DNA from: an uncultured Candidatus Saccharibacteria bacterium
GTDB taxonomy: Bacteria; Patescibacteriota; Minisyncoccia; Sungbacterales; JACQCQ01
Length of the DNA stretch: 64,000 nucleotides
NCBI GenBank assembly: GCA_964494945.1
Contig: CAZBTX010000003.1
Span: 47,897 to 111,896 of the forward strand
Direction of reading: 5' to 3'
Shown: piece after piece, positions 28,614 through 38,854 of the stretch
How the letters are laid out: the number at the start of each line of letters is the position of its first letter
How positions within the stretch are numbered: the first letter of the stretch is position 1
Notes under the pieces: model-generated
Databases searched by the model: none
Told to the model about the DNA's origin: nothing
The model's input: the letters and a program-made list of their open reading frames with translations, nothing else
Made by a program: the position numbers and the translations under genes

Positions 28614-28874
28614 TCAAGAATACAAGTTGCTATGCGTATCGATAATGGCAAATTCAACAGAGGTATCGTTCAATGGTTTATAGAAAGCACGGAAATCGCC
28701 GGTTACATTGATACTGCGAAAATCTCGCCACTCACCATGGAGGGCATGATTATTAAGTAATGGGTTAAAAGGATTGGTAATAAATAGCCGGAGCCTCTTT
28801 TTGAACTTATCTCTTACCGACTTCGGAAGTTTTTGATAATTTTTATCAAAATTCTTGTGAAAGAGAACTTTCAT
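28614..28874 (-). CDS. RelE/YafQ-family toxin
   Basis: LNNHALHGEW, RSINVTGDFR, IDTHSNLY. Confidence 0.88.
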   Translation of the reverse strand: MKVLFHKNFDKNYQKLPKSVRDKFKKRLRLFITNPFNPLLNNHALHGEWRDFRSINVTGDFRAFYKPLNDTSVEFAIIDTHSNLYS

Positions 28875-29146
28875 AGCCGATCAAGGTGCCGGAGCGCTTC
28901 TTCATAGGCAAACGGCCTGCGGGCATTCTTGTCGCTTTTGATATCCTTAATAATTTGCCGGAGCAGTTTTTGAGTACGCTTGTTCGGCATCGGAGGCACC
29001 GAGAAAATAACCCGCTTTTCACGTATAAATTCTTTAAGATACGCGTTGATGATAGTTCCCAGTGGAAGTCCAAGCTCCCGTGCCGCCATCTGCGCTTCTT
29101 GTTTGAGCTTTTTATCAGTTTTTACATTAAGCAACGTTTTTTCCAT
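28871..29146 (-). CDS. RelB/DinJ-family antitoxin
   Basis: RHH motif LNVKTDKKLKQEAQ...LGLPLGTII; overlaps the toxin start. Confidence 0.85.
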   Translation of the reverse strand: MEKTLLNVKTDKKLKQEAQMAARELGLPLGTIINAYLKEFIREKRVIFSVPPMPNKRTQKLLRQIIKDIKSDKNARRPFAYEEALRHLDRL

Positions 29147-29526
29147 ATATCCATAGTATATACTTTAGTTGTATATATCGTCAATTCTCCAATAAATAAA
29201 TTAGCGCCAACTGATAATGCCCTCAAAGAATCTTAGGGGCAATTATATTTCTTTATTTCCCCACAGCCAGCCCGTAAACTACGGATTCCGTAACTCCATC
29301 AATATCAACCAGCGTCTCCAAGTTATGGTCCCGCGTGCCGCCCAGAGCACAGCATTTAAGACCAAGCGCCTCCGAAACCAAATATATGTTTTGGCCACGC
29401 GATAACGACAAGGTTGTCCTTATAACTAATTATTGCCAGTAGTGCGATTATTCCAATACTGGCAAAGATATACCCCTGTCTCATCAACAGGTTTTTGTTA
29501 CACTGCTCTGCTATGCGGGATCCCCG

Positions 29527-30645
29527 CTATAAATCCTGTAGTGCTTTCCCAAACTCTTCTCTGTTTCGGAATACGAAGATGTTCTTTTCCTTGAACTCGG
29601 CCGTGACCGCAAGGTAGCGCTCAAGATATTGTTTGGCCATTGCTTTATCGCGCTTTGCCATGTACGTGCGAGCAAGGGTTTCCAGACAGATTGATTTAGG
29701 GTAGTCAAATTGAGTAACTCCAGCTATTTTCCCACTAGCAGTTGTAATTGCTTGACTATAATCTCCAGTATAGTAATATATTTTCCCCAAAATACATTGG
29801 TGAATATTTTTCTTACTAAAGGTTTTTTCAGCGAGTGCGTCGGCTTTCTGGTACTCATCAAGGGCTTGTTTCAAGTTTTTTTCTGCTGCAAATTGTTGAG
29901 CCAAAATGAGGTGAGCGATTTGGACATCGACATTGGCATTGTCTCCGGCGGCACTAATGGCGGCCGAGGCGAAGGATTTGGTACTTGAAGTATCACTCGA
30001 ATACGAAAATAATCTGGCGGTGAGCACCTGCAGGCGGTAAACGCTCTTCTCATAGATAGTTCTGCCATTGACGCTCAGGTTCGCCGTATTTAAGCCGAAA
30101 ACGGGCAAGAGTATTTGCAGGGCCTCTGCGGGTTTGTTAGAGCGGTCAAAGTAATCTAGCGCCACGTAATACCTCGCAACGAATGAAGTGTCCGGTGCCA
30201 ATTCTATAAGTTCTAGATATTGAGCTGTCGCCTCGGGGTATTGCTTTAGCATCCAATGCGCAAATCCAGCGTCATTCAGGGCCTCTTTAAAATTGTTATA
30301 ATTTTTATTTTTTAAATTAAGAGCTATAGCCGCCTCGTACTTGTCTACAGCTTCCGGATAGTTCGCATTGGGGTATAGTAACGGGCCACCGACATCGGGT
30401 TTACCCAAAGCCAACTTCCCAAGATAGAAGTGGGGTTCCGGATTTTTTGAATCGAATTTTAAGGCTTTCTCAAAAAGCGGTTTGGCCTTAGTGATATTTC
30501 CACCTTGGAATTCCTGAATACCGCGTTTAAAATAGTAGCCAGCAATGGCTTTGGAACCATACAAAAAACCGCCAACGGCAAGCAAAAGCACGATAATGCC
30601 GGAGATAACCCAAAACGGCTTTAAGTTGCGCGGCGTCTCATCCAT
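29527..30645 (-). CDS. TPR-repeat protein with N-terminal TM
   Basis: TM followed by TPR repeats; 3 bp downstream of the 30649 gene. Confidence 0.8.
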   Translation of the reverse strand: MDETPRNLKPFWVISGIIVLLLAVGGFLYGSKAIAGYYFKRGIQEFQGGNITKAKPLFEKALKFDSKNPEPHFYLGKLALGKPDVGGPLLYPNANYPEAVDKYEAAIALNLKNKNYNNFKEALNDAGFAHWMLKQYPEATAQYLELIELAPDTSFVARYYVALDYFDRSNKPAEALQILLPVFGLNTANLSVNGRTIYEKSVYRLQVLTARLFSYSSDTSSTKSFASAAISAAGDNANVDVQIAHLILAQQFAAEKNLKQALDEYQKADALAEKTFSKKNIHQCILGKIYYYTGDYSQAITTASGKIAGVTQFDYPKSICLETLARTYMAKRDKAMAKQYLERYLAVTAEFKEKNIFVFRNREEFGKALQDL

Positions 30646-30648
30646 GAA

Positions 30649-32151
30649 TTACTTTGTGTATTTCTCAAGAGGTATAAGTGATTTAAGGCGCGTTCTTGCT
30701 TCTTCCGAAATTCGTTCCTCCCAATTTCCGGCGAGCGCCTTAGATTCTTTTCTAATCGCCGAATAAAAACCGAATGATTTCATAAGATAAGTTTCCCCTT
30801 CTTGCTGGCCGCAGTTCAATTCGGGACTTCTGAACTCAACATCTACAGTATCGCCGGGAATGAGATGGAGGTATTCGGCAGCTGAAGTTTCCGAAAGCGT
30901 TGACGTCACATCCCCAGCTCTAGAACTCTCCGCATGTTCGACCGTCAATTCCTCAATTCGATACCGGCGCTCTTCCATGTCTTGGAGCGCGCCGAGGAAT
31001 CCTAAAGCATGGCGCTTGGTAAAATCTGCGCGAATTTCCAAAGAGCCGTCTTCGCGAACCGCCCCTTTAGGAAGTGTGATAATTTCAGCTCCGTAGTTCC
31101 AGGCCCGGGGCTTATTAATCGCGGCCTGCTTCCACTTTCCCGAAGGGTCTTTGTAGGAAAAGTAGATTGATTTGCCACCGCACATTGACCCACCATCACC
31201 TCCACCCCCACCCCCACCTCCACCGCCACTCCCAACTATAAAAGGAGTAAACGCTAAAGCCCCCGAAAGTCCTTTTCTGCCCAAGAAAAAATAGACCGTG
31301 GCAATAGCGAGAATCGCCATACGCGCAGCCGTGTTGGTAAATATTTGAGGGATAAATTCTCGCATACTCCGCTTACTCACTCTTTTCCCCGGCATCCAAT
31401 CGCGGAATACCGATTTCACAAAAAGATTAACCGCTTTTTCTGTAGAAAGGCTTTGAAAAGTGAATTCAATGAAGTCCCCCCTTTGCAGGATAGACGCGCC
31501 GCTGGGGTTTGATTCCCAAAGCGCTTGTTTATCGCCGTAACGACCGCTGATTTCTAAAGTGCCGTTTAAAAGCACGTTTTGGGGTAGCTGTAGATTCTTT
31601 TCGGTTGAGGATTTATCCAGTACCCATATTTTCTCAAACGAGGAATCAACAAAAACCTCTGATGTTTTAGGATGGATTACGCGAATTAGTTTTACCCAAT
31701 CAACAAATGATTCTTCAAGTTCATTCTCTTGAAGCTGTATTATAAGTTTCCCATCTTTTTTCCGTGGTGGTGCGCTAAATTTTAACAAATCAGGAATAGT
31801 GAAACGACGCTTCAGTGATTGAAACGATTTTATGTTCGCGTAATCTGTAATAAAATATTCCGGCCTCCCGCCAAGGAAATCGTTCTCTATCTTAAATTTC
31901 GTCCCGTCAAAGTAGGCCACATGCGGGCACCCAAAGCCGCAGTCACCGCCAGAGCAGTTGCTACAACTGGGCGCAGGCGCATCCGCCTTGGCTTTGTCTG
32001 AGCCGAAGAGGTTTGCATCCTTATTTCCGTTAGATGGAGAGTTACTCTTGATCAGGTTGGAAACATTGATGAATACCCAACCCAGGAATAAAAGAAGAAT
32101 TAAAAACAGGGCTTTGAAAATAAACAAAGACGAATTGATAATTTTTTTCAT
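30649..32151 (-). CDS. membrane-anchored protein with Cys/Ser/Gly-rich segments (candidate YcaO substrate)
   Basis: TM, then AKADAPAPSCSNCSGGDCGFGC; second TM followed by GSG9DGGSMCGG. Confidence 0.7.
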   Translation of the reverse strand: MKKIINSSLFIFKALFLILLLFLGWVFINVSNLIKSNSPSNGNKDANLFGSDKAKADAPAPSCSNCSGGDCGFGCPHVAYFDGTKFKIENDFLGGRPEYFITDYANIKSFQSLKRRFTIPDLLKFSAPPRKKDGKLIIQLQENELEESFVDWVKLIRVIHPKTSEVFVDSSFEKIWVLDKSSTEKNLQLPQNVLLNGTLEISGRYGDKQALWESNPSGASILQRGDFIEFTFQSLSTEKAVNLFVKSVFRDWMPGKRVSKRSMREFIPQIFTNTAARMAILAIATVYFFLGRKGLSGALAFTPFIVGSGGGGGGGGGGDGGSMCGGKSIYFSYKDPSGKWKQAAINKPRAWNYGAEIITLPKGAVREDGSLEIRADFTKRHALGFLGALQDMEERRYRIEELTVEHAESSRAGDVTSTLSETSAAEYLHLIPGDTVDVEFRSPELNCGQQEGETYLMKSFGFYSAIRKESKALAGNWEERISEEARTRLKSLIPLEKYTK

Positions 32152-32247
32152 AAATGCTTCTTAGTGATGCGTTGGAATTGTACTTACTATAAACCTAGTT
32201 ATTTTTTCATCAACACTAAGTTTATTCACAGTAATTCTATCATTTTT

Positions 32248-32967
32248 CTATTTTTTAGGGTAGCCGATGGCTAACTGGTAAAATACGGTCTCTTCTTCCG
32301 CATCTAAATCAAGTTCGCGCTCAACCGCGGCGTGATCAGTCATCCTGCCAATAGCTAGAACTCCCAATCCCAAAGCCGTCCCCACAAGGTAAATATTCTG
32401 CCCGATATGACCGCCCTCAAGGATTCCAAGTTTATATCCAAGATTGCCGTATTTTCCCGCGGTTCGTTCGCCGACAAACGACAGCAAAATCAGCGCCGGA
32501 GCTGTTTTGTAGAAATCATAAGTCGTGGCTTGTCGAATTTTCTCAGCGTCTGCGCCGTGAATCAGTTCTAGCGAATGTTCCAGAAAGTTGTAGTGATACG
32601 CGCCCTTCTTAACACCTTTTCCATTAAATAACGCGACATAAATTTCAACTGGGAATCTTGCGCCGCCGGAGGGATAGGGCCGGCGGAACGAATTTCCCGT
32701 TGCGCTTAATTTGTGGATTGGGCCCGCGCTCCAAAAAAGCAATCTGCCCAATACGTTTTGAGATATGGGTTGGTTAGAAAAATTTCTTTCCGTTCTCCTC
32801 TTCAATAAGGCCTCGGCCAAGTTTAAACTGGGGAATGATTTGAATTTGGACAAAAAAATGCGCGGCGAGCGCGGATATTCTTTAAAGGAAATATTTTTCC
32901 ATTCCGTCGCTTCAGGGTCAATAGCCGGCCTGTCTTTGTAAAAAAAATCAAAAAATGGATCTGGCAT
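32248..32967 (-). CDS. SagB/ThcOx-family FMN-dependent dehydrogenase
   Basis: RRTERNF, RRPYPSGGARFPVE, KYG..GY, EGGHIGQN. Confidence 0.9.
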   Translation of the reverse strand: MPDPFFDFFYKDRPAIDPEATEWKNISFKEYPRSPRIFLSKFKSFPSLNLAEALLKRRTERNFSNQPISQNVLGRLLFWSAGPIHKLSATGNSFRRPYPSGGARFPVEIYVALFNGKGVKKGAYHYNFLEHSLELIHGADAEKIRQATTYDFYKTAPALILLSFVGERTAGKYGNLGYKLGILEGGHIGQNIYLVGTALGLGVLAIGRMTDHAAVERELDLDAEEETVFYQLAIGYPKK

Positions 32968-32990
32968 AAGACTTCCGGTGTTACCTTTTA

Positions 32991-34481
32991 TTATAAAAAT
33001 GGGTGAGGTATGACATTAAACTCCTCTTCTTTTTTAGGTCGTTGAAATATCCCCATCTTTATCGGCGCTTCATGAAGGCGCTGCGAGCCGAGACACTTAA
33101 AATGTTCGTTAAGATACAACGGGTAAAGACCGGCAACCAGCGCCATTACCACACGGAGTCCGGCTTGACTTGCGAGCGAACCGGTAATATCGGTAATGTA
33201 AGCACTAAGTCCATAATTAGTCAGGATCTTCTTAAGTTCTTTCAGTTTAGCGGCATCGTCTTTCCCCTCATGGCCATTTCTCTCCAGTATCTCAGTTTGC
33301 CCCAAAAACATAAATTCGGCGTCCCGGTCGCGTCTTTCGTCGCACCAATAAATTCTGCGCTCGTTAAGGTTTTCTATAGCCGGCGCTTTTTGCTCAACTC
33401 GTTTAATTTCTTCCACGGTTGTTGTTGAAAGAAATCCCGCGCGAAAGCCGTCAGTCAGCGCGGCAACCAGCGCTTTCTCTTTATCAAGATCACAACGCGG
33501 GGATAGATAAAGTCGCGGCAACCCCGGCGCATGAGGCCTAATCACCGCCATAAATACCGGCACCCTTAGATCAGTCGTGATATCAAGCAGGGATACGTTG
33601 ATAGCATATTTTTCATAAAGGTTTAAAAGCGCGTTGATTTCCAGATGGCCGAGTTTGCGGAGGGCTGTCAATTCTACTTGGGGAGGAGAAATCTGATTAA
33701 GCCAGTGAACCATCAGAGCGTCGCGTTCTATGACCTCGCATAGGGCGTGATATGCGGCCCCGTCCCAGGAAATTCCGGCGGCCCCGCCGTTGGAAATGGT
33801 CTGGCGGATACGTGGCTCTTCCGATAAAAAATCATATTTGATATGAGCCAGCTGTGCTGGGACCAGATATATCCCATTTCCTTCCAGAGAAACCGATTTT
33901 ACCCAGCGGAAGGTGGAATCACTTTTAATTCGATGCGGCGCATATTCCGGCCTTTCGAGCTGGGCGGAGGAAAAATGATTGAACAGCCGCGGGTCAATGG
34001 CTTTATTGTGACCGAGCTTTTCAAAAGAACCGGTGACAAATCTTTGATAATCCGGGGTAGCAAGCGTATGCCATTCAATAAGTTCGGCAACCGCCTTAGT
34101 AGCCGCAATTTCCGGATCCAGAGCGTAACCGGAAGCATGAACTTCGTTGCTTGAAAGAATGGAGAAAGCCGGGATATGCGGCCATCCGGCTATTGGTTGA
34201 GGAAAAAAGATTTTCTCAATCACTCCTTTGCGGGCAAGTTCACGCAGTATGCGCTGGAAACGAGCGGGAATATTATCCCACGGGGACAAGGAGCTTTTAA
34301 CATATATTTCTCCGCCCATAAGCACTTCTAGGGAAAGGAAGAAATTTTTGGTCAAGCGTTCAAGAAAATTATTGGAGGATTGAGGCCGACCAAACGGCCG
34401 TTTGGACCAAACAGCCACTCTTTCTTTCGCGTAATCAGCTAGCCGCTTGCCGCGAATGAATTGGATTTTGTTTTCGGTCAT
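32991..34481 (-). CDS. YcaO-family protein (azoline-forming type)
   Basis: AELIE, SNGGAAG, LCEVIERDA; C-terminal PHPFL. Confidence 0.9.
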   Translation of the reverse strand: MTENKIQFIRGKRLADYAKERVAVWSKRPFGRPQSSNNFLERLTKNFFLSLEVLMGGEIYVKSSLSPWDNIPARFQRILRELARKGVIEKIFFPQPIAGWPHIPAFSILSSNEVHASGYALDPEIAATKAVAELIEWHTLATPDYQRFVTGSFEKLGHNKAIDPRLFNHFSSAQLERPEYAPHRIKSDSTFRWVKSVSLEGNGIYLVPAQLAHIKYDFLSEEPRIRQTISNGGAAGISWDGAAYHALCEVIERDALMVHWLNQISPPQVELTALRKLGHLEINALLNLYEKYAINVSLLDITTDLRVPVFMAVIRPHAPGLPRLYLSPRCDLDKEKALVAALTDGFRAGFLSTTTVEEIKRVEQKAPAIENLNERRIYWCDERRDRDAEFMFLGQTEILERNGHEGKDDAAKLKELKKILTNYGLSAYITDITGSLASQAGLRVVMALVAGLYPLYLNEHFKCLGSQRLHEAPIKMGIFQRPKKEEEFNVIPHPFL

Positions 34482-34742
34482 ATATCTTAGTGGATGCTGG
34501 CTTTTAACAGAAAAAGTTGGTTAGTTACAAGATACGAATCATTTATTTTAAGTTAATACACCCGTAGCTTACTGCGGATAATGCCCGCCGGTAAGCATCC
34601 TCAATTAAAAGAATTCAATCTTCAGCGGTGCTTCTTCTACGTAAGAATAATATTTAGTGATTTCTTGTCTTTTACGGCATCGGATAGTACGGTGGGGATA
34701 CAGAAACCATTTTTACCCTATCTCTTTGGACGAAAAAACACA

Positions 34743-35600
34743 ATGCAAAAAGTTCTCATTATAGGCGGCTCGCGTTTTATCGGCCCATTTTTGGTGGAGG
34801 AGTTGCTTTTCAGGGGTCATGAAGTCACTGTGTTTAATCGGGGACGGATTCAAAAACAATATCCCGACAGAGTGCGATTTATACCAGGAGACCGAAATGA
34901 CGGCTTTGGCGTCAAAGAGCGGTTTGATGCGGTAATAGATATGTGCGCTATGTATGGCGCACATACGGCAAAAGCCATTAACGAATTAGTTTTTGATTTT
35001 TTTGTCAATTTGGGGACAGCCGCGGTTTATGAGAAATCCGAACTTTTTCCCCTTACCGAAGAATCTAATTTGGGTAATTGGTCCTTGTGGGGCGACTACA
35101 ATCGCGGCAAGGTAGAGTGTGAACGTGTTCTCGCAAAAAGCGGAGTCAGCTACGCTTCTCTCCGTCCGGTTTACATACTCGGACCCAGGAACTATTTACT
35201 GCGCGAAGCATTTATTTATGCAAAACTAAAGCGTGGCGAGCCGTTGATTCTTCCCGGCAACGGTCAAGCGCTTTTACAATTCATTCATGCGCGTGAGGTC
35301 GCGGCGTCACTTGCCCTTATTATGGAAAAACGAATTGAGGGAGTTTTTAACTGTGCTGGCGATAAAATAGTTACATTAAGAGGTTTAATTGAGGAGATGG
35401 CTGGAATTGTTCACAAAGAACCGCACATTGAATATAATCCCAAGGCCGATGGCTGGAGATTTAACGCACGGGAGTTTCCATTTGCTAATGAAAATTTTGT
35501 TGTCGCTAATGATAAAATAAAGGGTCTGGGCGCGCGCTTCGCGCCCATTTCCGAGTTCCTCCGAAGCGATTATGATAACTATTATGAAAAAATCATCTAG
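34743..35600 (+). CDS. NAD-dependent epimerase/dehydratase
   Basis: IGGSRFIG Rossmann motif, YNRGK. Confidence 0.85.
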   Translation: MQKVLIIGGSRFIGPFLVEELLFRGHEVTVFNRGRIQKQYPDRVRFIPGDRNDGFGVKERFDAVIDMCAMYGAHTAKAINELVFDFFVNLGTAAVYEKSELFPLTEESNLGNWSLWGDYNRGKVECERVLAKSGVSYASLRPVYILGPRNYLLREAFIYAKLKRGEPLILPGNGQALLQFIHAREVAASLALIMEKRIEGVFNCAGDKIVTLRGLIEEMAGIVHKEPHIEYNPKADGWRFNAREFPFANENFVVANDKIKGLGARFAPISEFLRSDYDNYYEKII

Positions 35601-36327
35601 CCCCATTGCTGTTATTCTCGCCGCCGGCCGGGGAAAACGTCTTGGAGAATTTACGCGTTTAAAGCCCAAGTGTCTCATTGAGGTAGGCGGCTTACCCATT
35701 TTGCATCGTCAACTTACGGCGCTGGAGACGTACGGAGTAAAAAAAGTTGCTATAACGGTGGGGTTTTTGGCGGAAATGGTGAAAACGTACGCTGTTACGC
35801 ATTTCTCAAATATGGACTTTATCTTCGTGCATAATCCGGATTTTGAAAACACCAACACGCTTTATTCCCTGGCGCTCGCTGCCGAAGAAATAGATTATCG
35901 CGGGGTCGTTTTGCAATTAAACGGCGATGTGGTTTTTGACCCGGGGGTTATTGAGCGTCTGCTGAATACAGATGAAAATGAGTGCTATGTTGGCGTAAAG
36001 ATCGCATTGTGCGGGAAAGAAGAAGTAAAAGTTGTGCTTGCCCCCGGTAACACCGTGAGCGCGATAAGCAAGCAATGCGACCCGAACCGGGCCGCCGGGG
36101 AGGCCGTGGGGATCAATAAATTCTCCCACGTTTTCTGGGGGGCACTATCACGCAATTTACAATCCTTGAAAATGAAGCTCCCGCACGAATATTTTGAATA
36201 CGCCGTAGAGCGAACAATAGGGGAAGGAGCAAAAATTCAAGCGTTCAATATAGCGCCTCATCGGGCTATGGAAATAGACTTTCCCGCCGACCTCGCGGCC
36301 GCTAGAAAAAAATTTAAGAACGAATAA
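35584..36327 (+). CDS. nucleotidyltransferase (LicC/phosphocholine cytidylyltransferase-like)
   Basis: ILAAGRGKRL, PKCL, NTLYSL, NGDV, EIDFPADL. Confidence 0.85.
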   Translation: MKKSSSPIAVILAAGRGKRLGEFTRLKPKCLIEVGGLPILHRQLTALETYGVKKVAITVGFLAEMVKTYAVTHFSNMDFIFVHNPDFENTNTLYSLALAAEEIDYRGVVLQLNGDVVFDPGVIERLLNTDENECYVGVKIALCGKEEVKVVLAPGNTVSAISKQCDPNRAAGEAVGINKFSHVFWGALSRNLQSLKMKLPHEYFEYAVERTIGEGAKIQAFNIAPHRAMEIDFPADLAAARKKFKNE

Positions 36328-38789
36328 TGAATTTAGCCAGGGCTTTTAAACTCATCACAACTGTCCAAAATAAGCGAACCACCTATCAAGAATTGGCGGA
36401 ATTTTTGTTTAGTGAAGCTCCGCCTCAAGACCATAATTTCTTGCGGAGAATCAACGACTCGGTCATTTCAGAAAATATAAAATCTAGATCGTATGACGAG
36501 ATATTGGAACTTAGCGAGTCGCCAAGGGCTGGTGCGACCATTGCGTTTCTTATCAACTATCCATTTCAATATTATATTTACAAAAATATATATCGTTATC
36601 TGCCGGAGGCGGAATTCGTAATTGACGCCGCATGGATTCGGCGCAATGTGGATAACTGGCAAGAACTTTTGGAGTCATTCGCATCATTTTTGCAAGCCGA
36701 GAAAGCATATTTCAGAATATTTACACCTGCCTCCAAACCGGAAGAATTTTTTGCGGGTTATGAAGTTTTAATTTCCTATAGCCGCACGCCGCCCATTGAT
36801 TTTCCGTGCAATGTTCACAAAAAGAAAATCAGGGTGATGTATGGGCACAGCAAGGATTTATGGAATTTCGGCGCTTGGTCGCGCGTTTTCGATTTGGCTT
36901 TGACATACGGACCCTATAGCCACGAACGCATGAGTCCGTACGTGAAAAGCGTTGTAGTCGGTAATCCGCGATTTGATGACTGGTTTAATCGGAGCACCAA
37001 ATCATCAAGCGCCTCGTACATTGAGAAAAGAATTGACAGCAGCAAAAAAACTGTATTTTATGTTCCAACCCATGGCAGTCTTTCCTCGCTCGAAAAAATG
37101 CCCGGCGCGTTGTTTGATCTCAACAAACTTTATAATGTTATTATCCGACCGCATCCGTTAACGCTCTATACGGAGCGTGAAAGGTTTATGCGATTTAAAG
37201 AGGCGGTAGAAAAGCAGGACAGGACCGGCAAAATTGTCTGGCTTGATGATACCGTGGATCTTATTGATATATTGTTTGTTTCTGACATCGTTATTTCCGA
37301 CAACAGCGGCGCAATCTTTGACGCGGTACTTGTTGATAAGCCACTGGTATTGCTTGATTTTCTGAAAGAAGATTTTTTTGAGAGCGAACTTAAAAATATT
37401 AAGCAATGGAAACCGGATTTATCCACTAGGCCGCTCACTTATTCTCAAAGCATTGAACAGCGCATAAAAAAAGAGGATGAGCTTAAGCCGGGAGAGATCG
37501 TTTCCCGCAAAGAAGAAATATGCTCTGCCGTCGCTAAGGCGTTGGCCAACGAGCATTATTACAGGCCGCGGAGGCGAAGAGTCAGGAAAATGCTTTTTTC
37601 ATTTTGCGACGGCAGTTCCGGTAAACGCGCCGCAGATGCTGTACACGCGCTTTTAGAGAGTTCGCCGCAAGAGAAGACTCTAATTGCGATACAAACGGAC
37701 ATCGAGATTCGTTGGTATGCCGCGCATATCCACAAAATCTTTAACATACTGTATAAAGCCATTCGCGATTATCTTAATATTTCACCCACCCTGATAAGGG
37801 AAGCTGGCCTTTTTTCTCCGGGGGAAGAAGACTTGCGCGACATTCTTTTTAGTGTAGTAATACCGACGCGCAATCAATGCCAATCTTTAGATAGAACACT
37901 AGCATCGCTTATCTCACAGGACGGCATCGCAAAAAACCGCTTTGAAATATTGATTGTGGACAATAATTCCGATGACCAAACAAAAAGAACGACCGAATGT
38001 TTTATAAAAGACCACCCGGATTACAGAATTCGCTACCTTGCCTTAAGAGAAAACAAGGGTCTGGCGTTTGCGAAGAATGTTGGGATTAATTGTGCTCGCG
38101 GGTACGTTGTTGCATTTACAGACGATAATTCTGTACTGCCGCGGCAATGGCTTGCCGATTTTCGGAATGATTTTGAAAATAATCCGGAGATTGCCGGGAG
38201 CGGAGGATGGTTGGAACCGGGAGCGCCGATGGATAGCGAAGAATCAAGTGTTTATAACAAGCATGTGTATTTGCAGAGGACAGTGCCCCTGAAGCATCCG
38301 TATAAATCTATTGCGGCAGATTCCGATATCAGTTGCGTAAGCACAAGCAATATCTGCTATAAGAAATCGGTTTTGTATAAAATTGGTGGATTTAATCACT
38401 ATTTTGGGTCTGCCGCTATGAATGATTACGAATTTAAGATCCGTTTGCATGAATTAAAGTTTCCATTTTTTTACAATGCAAGGCCGGTCATGCGTTTAAA
38501 AAGTGTTTCGCTGTCCGATTTTACGCGTTATTGGCTTCTGCAGGGATGGGGCTATTTTTTGGCGCACAAAGTTCATCCCGCTCAAGCGCATCTAAACTGC
38601 TCTTTGTGGTATTGCATTTTTAATGCTGTTCGCGGAATTTTGCGTGTTGTAAAAGAGAAAAATTTTGCGGTATTAAAGCTGTCAATGCTGGATAAGTTAA
38701 AACTATCTCTTCTTGTTGTATTAGAAAACTTATGTCTGTGGTTTGGGAAATACTGGGTGCCGTTATTCTTGAATGAGGATTTTGGCTAA
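36327..38789 (+). CDS. CDP-glycerol glycerophosphotransferase-like plus GT2 fusion
   Basis: GNPRFD, YVPTH, RPHP, ISDNS (TagF-like); SVVIPTRN, VDNNS, AFTDD (GT2). Confidence 0.82.
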   Translation: MNLARAFKLITTVQNKRTTYQELAEFLFSEAPPQDHNFLRRINDSVISENIKSRSYDEILELSESPRAGATIAFLINYPFQYYIYKNIYRYLPEAEFVIDAAWIRRNVDNWQELLESFASFLQAEKAYFRIFTPASKPEEFFAGYEVLISYSRTPPIDFPCNVHKKKIRVMYGHSKDLWNFGAWSRVFDLALTYGPYSHERMSPYVKSVVVGNPRFDDWFNRSTKSSSASYIEKRIDSSKKTVFYVPTHGSLSSLEKMPGALFDLNKLYNVIIRPHPLTLYTERERFMRFKEAVEKQDRTGKIVWLDDTVDLIDILFVSDIVISDNSGAIFDAVLVDKPLVLLDFLKEDFFESELKNIKQWKPDLSTRPLTYSQSIEQRIKKEDELKPGEIVSRKEEICSAVAKALANEHYYRPRRRRVRKMLFSFCDGSSGKRAADAVHALLESSPQEKTLIAIQTDIEIRWYAAHIHKIFNILYKAIRDYLNISPTLIREAGLFSPGEEDLRDILFSVVIPTRNQCQSLDRTLASLISQDGIAKNRFEILIVDNNSDDQTKRTTECFIKDHPDYRIRYLALRENKGLAFAKNVGINCARGYVVAFTDDNSVLPRQWLADFRNDFENNPEIAGSGGWLEPGAPMDSEESSVYNKHVYLQRTVPLKHPYKSIAADSDISCVSTSNICYKKSVLYKIGGFNHYFGSAAMNDYEFKIRLHELKFPFFYNARPVMRLKSVSLSDFTRYWLLQGWGYFLAHKVHPAQAHLNCSLWYCIFNAVRGILRVVKEKNFAVLKLSMLDKLKLSLLVVLENLCLWFGKYWVPLFLNEDFG

Positions 38790-38854
38790 CCTGAAAACCA
38801 CAAGCCTAAATACGGGCCAGTTGCTCTTTTGGGTCGGTATGACAGCAGCCATTT

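Noticed and set aside
29200-29484. Small membrane ORF between relB and the TPR gene
   Set aside because: Fragmented frames with several stops; too degraded to call.
31198-31232. Poly-Gly tract as a phase-variable repeat
   Set aside because: Mixed Gly codons in frame; a linker or core peptide rather than a slippage tract.
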